NCBI GenBank assembly: GCA_040954595.2
Contig: CM082593.2
Coordinates: 7,228,043 to 7,292,042 of the forward strand
Origin: Balanoglossus misakiensis
Lineage: Eukaryota > Animalia > Hemichordata
DNA length: 64,000 nt
Direction: 5' to 3'
This document shows, piece by piece, positions 56,801 to 64,000 of the stretch. The position numbers and the translations under genes are program-made. Position 1 is the stretch's first letter; each line of letters starts with the position of its first letter. The notes under the pieces were generated by a model that had not been told where the DNA came from, did not search any database, and saw only the letters and a program-made list of their open reading frames with translations.

Positions 56801-58374
56801 TGTTGAATTTTTTTTTGAAAAACAGAGACCGCAGTGGATTATGGGTGACCGCAGTGAATGACGGTCAATACTGAAGTGGCTCTCTCCGCTTGGAATCTGG
56901 AAAGGTCAAGGTGCCATTTCTTGACGGGGCGCATCGATGAATGGTGCCCTTGACAAGACATAAAAAGAGTATACTGTGCGTCAACTCGACGGGATTTCTT
57001 GTTTTTTTTTGTGTGTGTAGGCGTGTCAAGCAAAAGACGTGACCCATCTCAAACTTGGCATCCGATCTAATAATATGAGCATACTGTCATGGAAAAGCGG
57101 AACTATGGAATTTGACTTAATGAATGAATTATTGTCGACATATATACCGGTACATGTAAATCCTATTCCGGACTTAAAATCTGACAAGACACATGGTTGG
57201 GGGTGGGTGGGTGGGTGGGTGGTAGAACAAGAACAACGGACAATGAAAAGAGGACGTGAACAAAAAACATTGCAAATTAAGTTGACATTTACACTGAGAT
57301 AATTGGGTTTGTGCTCCCAAATAGATGAGGTCGTCAGAAGTTCCTAGATGCAGTCAAGTTCAGTAAAAAATACAAGGTGCTGCGTTCGTTTCGACATTGC
57401 TGTCACTATGGTAACAGCTCATGACGTAAAGTCTTAATATGTGTCCCAATTTCCGTGACCCTGCATAACAGAAGTGTTGTTTTTTTTTTTTTTAGGCAGT
57501 AGTACAGAAGCTCTCATTTCAGAGGCGTGGGGGGGAGGGTAAGAAAATTAGGTAAATGTCGTCTTTTGATCAAATGTCTCTCTTTTCAATATGTGTAGTC
57601 GGCTAGCGCGATAGATCTATAGCCGTTGGTGGTGTGCGTCAGCTGTTACTGCTTGAAGTTCAGAGATCATTATCGTGACGGATGTCGGTTTTACACAAAC
57701 ACAATGAATAGAGAAAACGAGGCCTAACCAGTTAAATGTCGACTTGAAAGTTGCTCGGAGGAGGTGGATTTCCAATTCTTCTCTGCACGTTATAGATGGA
57801 GACATTTCCCGGGGGCTCGCACCTATACGAAGGGCCTAATCATGGTGTTCTGTGGAAACTGCTTTTAAATCTGATGATCTACATGTAGCTCCTTCTTTGG
57901 AATAGCCGTGACTGATCGAACAAACTAATTTCTTAACAACGCCACCGGTAATTCAAATTGCAATCTTCTCAGCGCTAGAAGTAGCACTAGAAACGCCCAC
58001 GTCAACAAAAATGGGCGTTTAAACACGTTGGAGTAACTAACTGTGTCTGTGCGCCTAACCCATAGACCATGCATGCATAACGTATGTTTCTTTATCACAG
58101 CACAGCCAACGGTGGAAACGAGCGAGAGAGAACTATACATCAAGCTGGCGCTGTAGTAAACGGATCACTGAGAAGTGCCCTGAAGACAACGGTTCGATGC
58201 GCAACAGTATTATATACTGCAGCAGCACTGAGTTATCGCTTTTACAGAGTAACGGTATCGCAGTTTGCAATAGGGAGGTCTTAAACATTGGATCAAGCCT
58301 AAATGCCGTTCAAGCACGAGGTAAGCAAATAGCATTTACAGTGTGTATAATGTTAGATGAATATTACAGTGTGC

Positions 58375-58375
<1 letters not shown>

Positions 58376-58422
<47 letters not shown>

Positions 58423-58485
58423 GGACGGACGGATGGATGGATCAGTGGACTGAAGGATGACAGACAGACAGACAGACAGACAGAT
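58376..58485. repeat. (GATA)n, (GGAT)n, (GACA)n tetranucleotide microsatellites
   Basis: Direct reading of the sequence. Confidence 0.95.
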
Positions 58486-59068
58486 ATGCAGACAGATATA
58501 GCCATGTACCAGCATTTGATTGCTGCAAGATCTGCATAAGCAATAACTTGTTCGATTAATAGCGAATGGACTGACCATGCCTTCTTTAATTATTCACTAA
58601 AAAGTGCATGTACATTTTACCATGTACTCTTATTATTTATATTCAAGTTTTGCTTCTGGAACACTTTGTGGAAGTCACGTCTTGCTTTGATTTCAAGATG
58701 ATGAAATGGAGAGTGAAATCTGTCATTGACGATTCACAGTTGAGCGCTTGCCCCACGCCCTAACGGCGTCTCGTCTTCTCTGCTATCCAGGTATACGGAC
58801 GCTCCCCGCTGCTGGCGGACCTCTCGAGACGATAAGCAAAAAATCTTGATGCATATGCCCCCGCGCACACGGAGATTCGCTTCCACTGACGTCATCACAA
58901 GGTGCTGCTGCTGACAAAGGCGCTTTACATTCCGTCTGTGTGAGCCGGCGCAGTCAATGCGCTCCACTGGGCTGCCACGCGCGCGTTGAACATCGCAAGA
59001 GGGAGAAAGAAAAAACACACACACGCCGTGTTGATAACAGTTCCAGGTGCGAACGACAGGAGAGCTGA

Positions 59069-59216
59069 ATGATGAGCCCGATACCCGGACCAGCCCGAAA
59101 CGACACCCAGTCGGTGACGACACTTGTGGCAACAGAGACACCCGAAACGGCGCAACAAGGCTTCGGCCCGAGCCATGGAAACTCAAGCGCAACAGCAACG
59201 CAAGTGTTAACCAAAG
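59069..59216 (+). CDS. Candidate first coding exon of an unidentified gene divergent from the protease array
   Basis: ATG-initiated 49-codon open frame (MMSPIPGPARNDTQSVTTLVATETPETAQQGFGPSHGNSSATATQVLTK) ending at a strong AAG|GTAAGC donor, within a GC/CpG-rich stretch with an upstream TGACGTCA. No recognisable domain and no downstream exon identified. Confidence 0.35.
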
Positions 59217-62200
59217 GTAAGCAATGACACTCCACTAACAGATGTTACCCTATTCCTTGACATTTCACGCGGTACATCACAAGGCATTTTGCAAAGTGGA
59301 GAGCGCGTAGAAATAGTCATTTCTTTGAAACTTTTTCCCCTCTAGGAATCTTGCAATAATCAAAACACATTAAAACAAGTCCATCATTCTGAGCACGTTC
59401 GCCAAGGGCGATATAGAAAGTCAAGGTAATTTCCCCTCACCCCACATTTATCTTCGTTTCAAAGAAACAAAAGTCATTTTCTTCACATTTACAAATTGTT
59501 CTATATATACGGAGGATTCGATTTGATTAATTAAGTGATGGATGTCTCCTTATTCATTTCAATGCATAAACGCATAGGTGTGCGCGTATAAAATGGTATG
59601 TATGTCAACGAGTTAGGTATAAAGTAACTGATTTGGGGAGTAATGTGATGGGCGCATCTACCGCCTGCTGTTTTATGGTGCTCGCCAAGTTCGCGCGCTG
59701 CAAAGATTTATGAATGCACCATGGCCACAGAGGCAGATATTTCATACAGAGTATCAGGGTCATTTTTTTCCATCGCCACGGCTGTGTCACTCGTTTCCTG
59801 CGCGTGTACTTGCAAGTTGCGTTTGTATGGATGCTATGTAGTGGAGAAAATTGTGCGTGAATTGGTCGCGAAGGATGTGAACGGACGCGGGAAACGGATA
59901 TAAAATGAAGCACTCTTTCAAAATGTGTGCAGTCTTCATGTCATCCGAAAGCCGATAATTGTCTCTGCTTGATAAATATAATCAAATCCCCAATCCCTTA
60001 ATTAAGAAACACAAAAGAGATCATTGAATTAATGATGAGGCTAGAACCAGAATCATTTGTATTTGGCGTAGTTTGACTCAATTCTGGTGTCTTATTCTAA
60101 ATAGTGAAGAAAAAAAAACTCATTTCTTAAAAACAAAATTAAGACTGCATTAAAATGTAGTTACTCCAGTGGAAATGAGAGCGGCAACATTAACACAGAA
60201 TCCTGAGTGTCGTATCAGTGTGTTTCCAATTTTTCGTCACAAAATGAATGTATATACATTGGGATAGAAATATCGCGTCAGATGACAGGCCCTAAGCGAG
60301 CAAAAAAACCTCAGCCCATGAAACTACACCATATCAATTTGAATATGTTAATTTAAAGGAGCGCCGTATCTTCTGTACACGTCCGTAGGGTTTGGTCACA
60401 CGAGTAGTATTCTCGATTAAGCTATGCTATGCTGCGTGTTATTCTAATGGTACTAGTTGCACGTCTTGCCGTGTTTAAGAGGTCAAAGCCGCTGTCTTAT
60501 CATGGTATCATTTGGGTCATCTCTAGAGACTTAGCCGTGGTGACTCAATTTATCGCAAAATTTGCTTTTTCGTTTAAGTGCATTTATGTCACCTTGAAAT
60601 GCGATGTTTTCGGTTACAAACGTGATCTTTTGATCTGCCTACTGAACCTGTGTTTTATTTGTTGGCAAATATTTGATACAAAGAGACTGCAGTGAAACAA
60701 AATAAAAATCAGTTGTACTTCCATGTCACGCAATCGTTCATAAACATCTTGCACCTCTGTTCGCGGTTGCTCTCGGTAAACAAGCGAAGCCATAATTTGC
60801 GCAAGTCTCGGAAAATGACTTGCGATGTTGCCTGGACAGCATCATTATCGGAAACATCATTTTTGCCCCAATACACAAATAATCGCTGGCATTGTTCACT
60901 GTCTATCTACAACAATGGGCATGCGCAGTAGCGAATCCACGTGAAGTTAATAGGGCACCCGGGAACATGTTTTTCTTTAATGAAAAAATGAGACCCTCTT
61001 CGGATTTGTTTTATTCTACACGCATGTATGGGGAGTCCTTCGCAGAGTCATTATTACGAGGAGAAGAAAGTAAAGATGTACATCGTCTCATTTCCGAACA
61101 CCAGCCAATTTAAAGTAATTTGATAGTTTGGTCCTTTACTTAAATCTTACGACGGCTTAATTTTGTTTTCGTATTATTTCCTAAGCATTCGCGCGTCGAA
61201 TGTTTGAAAATGTTGTGCTGCTAGTTTGTCAACATGCGCAAGCTTGGGATTTTACACTCAATTGGAGCGTGAAGCGATCAGAAACGGTCTGGTGCTAACG
61301 ACAATATGGCTGCCCTGATATACCATAGTGATGAATGTTTTGCGTTTTTTTAGTCAGTCTGCTCGACAGTTTTCTGATTTCTAATCTGGACGTCAGATAC
61401 ATTTAATCACTGGCCCACAAGGCCCGCTATAGATAACAGGAGCTATCATCTGATGTATGAGAACACCGCACTAATTTCTCCGGGGCAAATTCTGCTGAAT
61501 GATAGGTTTCAAGCCTTGCAACCATTTCACTGAGCTGGTGACGATTTGTATCCCTCCGCCGCCCTGCGTGAAATGTCGACGAGCTTTTAAAATATAAGAT
61601 ATCTTAAGCATATCATGATTTCGCAAGATTTAAATATATCGAATGTTCCTTCTTTTGAGCTGCGTACAGATGTAAGACGCAGTAATAAGCATTGTTTCAT
61701 GTAACACTGTACTATTTGAATTTGTGCGAATAGAGTTGAATAATTCAATTCCTAATACTAGTTTATCTTCATATTGGATAATAATCAGGTTTCCTATAAC
61801 CCAATTCGAACATATTTGTTCGAGAACTCATTTGTGAGCAATGTCCCACATATTCCGAAATAAAGGAGGCGGCGTTTGCGCGCCGCGAGGTGTATTGGTA
61901 ACGCGAGTTGGGGGACGAAAAGGTCAGGTCAGAGTTGAGCTAATTAAACCATTTCACAGTGGCAATATCTGACAGCCTATACCTGTGGACATATGACTGT
62001 AGATTTGGTCTTTAGTCACGTTGACAAATCTTTTCATTGTTGATATTTGTACACTTTTTGTCTGAGCCAACATCGACATATTGGCAACAATTCTTGGGAT
62101 TTGTGAACCTTTTTTTAAAAACATTCTAGCTTTCCGAAAATCAACGGTAATACTAATGGGGCACGTCAAAGACATGACAGCCGTGCTTTCCTGACCACGT

Positions 62201-64000
62201 GCTTGTAGCAGTCTGCTAGGGGGTCGATCTCACTGGATAATCGTCACCCATTGTTTTCGAAGTAGATGGCATTGACAAGTTGACGTTTCCGCTTTGCTTG
62301 CCACAGATGGTTATGTGAATGGCACTGCGTGGGTAGGTGCTCCTGCAATCATATCTCCCCAGGCTGGACAGGACACGGAATACTAGCGTGATGAAATCAT
62401 TCAATTCCCCTATCCCAGGATAATTTGAAACCCGCACACGTAATATTGGTTTACGTGGTGATTGTAATTTGCCGGAGACAATTGCCAGCCAATTTCGTCG
62501 GGTATAAGAGGGCGAACCGAAAAAGGTCGCGTCAGGACTTTTTTACGATCGTTTGAAATGGCCATGTTTTAATTGAACGTTGTCAAGCGTTGAATTGTGC
62601 GAAAATAGCGCACAAAATAATGTAATATCGACGGTTGCTTGTCGTGGTGATGAAACCATGACGCCAATCATATTTGCGTTCAAACCACAGTCCCCGTGGC
62701 GGAAGTCCGCGCTGAAACCGTCTCGTTAGGCACAGGCTATGCCGCGGTAATGAGCCAGTGCCGCCAATTATATTTCCGCTCAAACGTGCGTTTAGTGGTG
62801 TGACGCAGTCGTGAATACACTTTGGATTTTACACATCCAGCAAAACATCAGTATCATAGCGTAATAATAGTCAAACTGCTCCAGTGACGGATTTCCAAAT
62901 AAGGGTCCAATGATAACTCTCCTCTCTCAGTAACCTCAGGCAGTATTCTTACTCATGCATGTGAAGACATCTGACCAGAAAAAAATCTCTTCCGTGAATA
63001 GAAGCGTCCCTTCTCCATGATCAACTGACTGACTAACGAACCAACCAACCGACCAACCAACCAACTAACTTACCAACCATGCCATCTAACTATCTTACTC
63101 ACTACGACCGGCCAATTCAATTAAAGTCAAAACCAGAGCAACATTCTCAACATATTAAAGTAAACAAAAACAAACAACACAGGCCTAAGTCAACTACGTA
63201 AAATCTTAACAAATTAGTTATGTTGAAAGAATGAGCAGATGACGCTGTCCATACGACACCTGCCTTATAAACGTGTAAAATCAAAACAACAGGAAGAGGT
63301 CATGTGATGAAGGTAATCGTCCCTGATTTAATTGGGGTCATTTTTCTCCGAGATACATCCACTCATGCGCAATATATACCCCTAACTGCATTTGAGACAT
63401 TTAGTATGTTTTCTGTGGTAGACAGAGATTCTGCGCTTGCATGGTCCTTGCGTACAAAATTGTGTCAGAGTTATTTATGTCAGTAGAACATTGCTATATT
63501 TTTCAAAAAAGAAAATCCTAGTATTAATTACAAATCCGATCATATTTGACAAAAAAGAACATAGGACATATCAGGTAGTGCATCCATATGCAGAGTGTCA
63601 GAAAGACAGTCAAACACAGTGACAAAGACATAAGAGTGAAAAAAAGAAAGAGATGACGATGGTGATGACGACGGCGCCGATGAAGAAGGCAAGAAACTAG
63701 GTTCTGTTTGATCAGCACTTCAGCGTTCCACCCATTCGCAAACCTCTGTACTATTTTCGGTTTTATCGCTTTGAAGTGTACATATATGTATACAGGTCTC
63801 TAAGAAGTATATCGTGACGTATTCACTCACGTTGGCGAACTTTAAATAGAACCACGACGTCGAGCAGTTTGTTCAGTTCTAGGTTATAATAGTGCCACAT
63901 TTTACAGCTAAATCGATGTCACTGGCGGTTGTGTGTAGCTGAGAATGATGATGGGTATCACAGTAGATGTAATCGGCCATGGCAGTTTTGTACTAATGTC

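Overview
Intron-rich animal (invertebrate, probably deuterostome-like; species not determinable here) genomic DNA. 1-11573 (+) holds the last 22 exons of a FRAS1 orthologue (end of CSPG repeats, Calx-beta domains, C-terminal domain, TM helix, PDZ-binding GTEV tail). 16552-53820 (-) holds a tandem array of five intact 9-exon genes encoding secreted signal peptide-CUB-LDLa-trypsin-fold proteins. Only the most upstream copy (E) has a full His/Asp/Ser triad. Copy D is His/Asn/Asp, and copies C, B and A are Thr/Asn/Asp with an Asn at the zymogen P1 site. The replacement residues are kept across synonymous codon changes, which suggests a selected protease plus pseudoprotease system rather than decay. 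A stranded promoter and first exon of a sixth copy lies at 15868-16043. The paralog promoters share an E-box plus TC-box-like module. The window also contains a TRIM-like mini LTR element, a solo LTR, many TTAA- and TA-flanked MITEs, micro/minisatellites and a candidate first exon of a divergent gene near 59.1 kb. All exon coordinates were derived by hand from splice sites and reading-frame continuity; no database searches were run.
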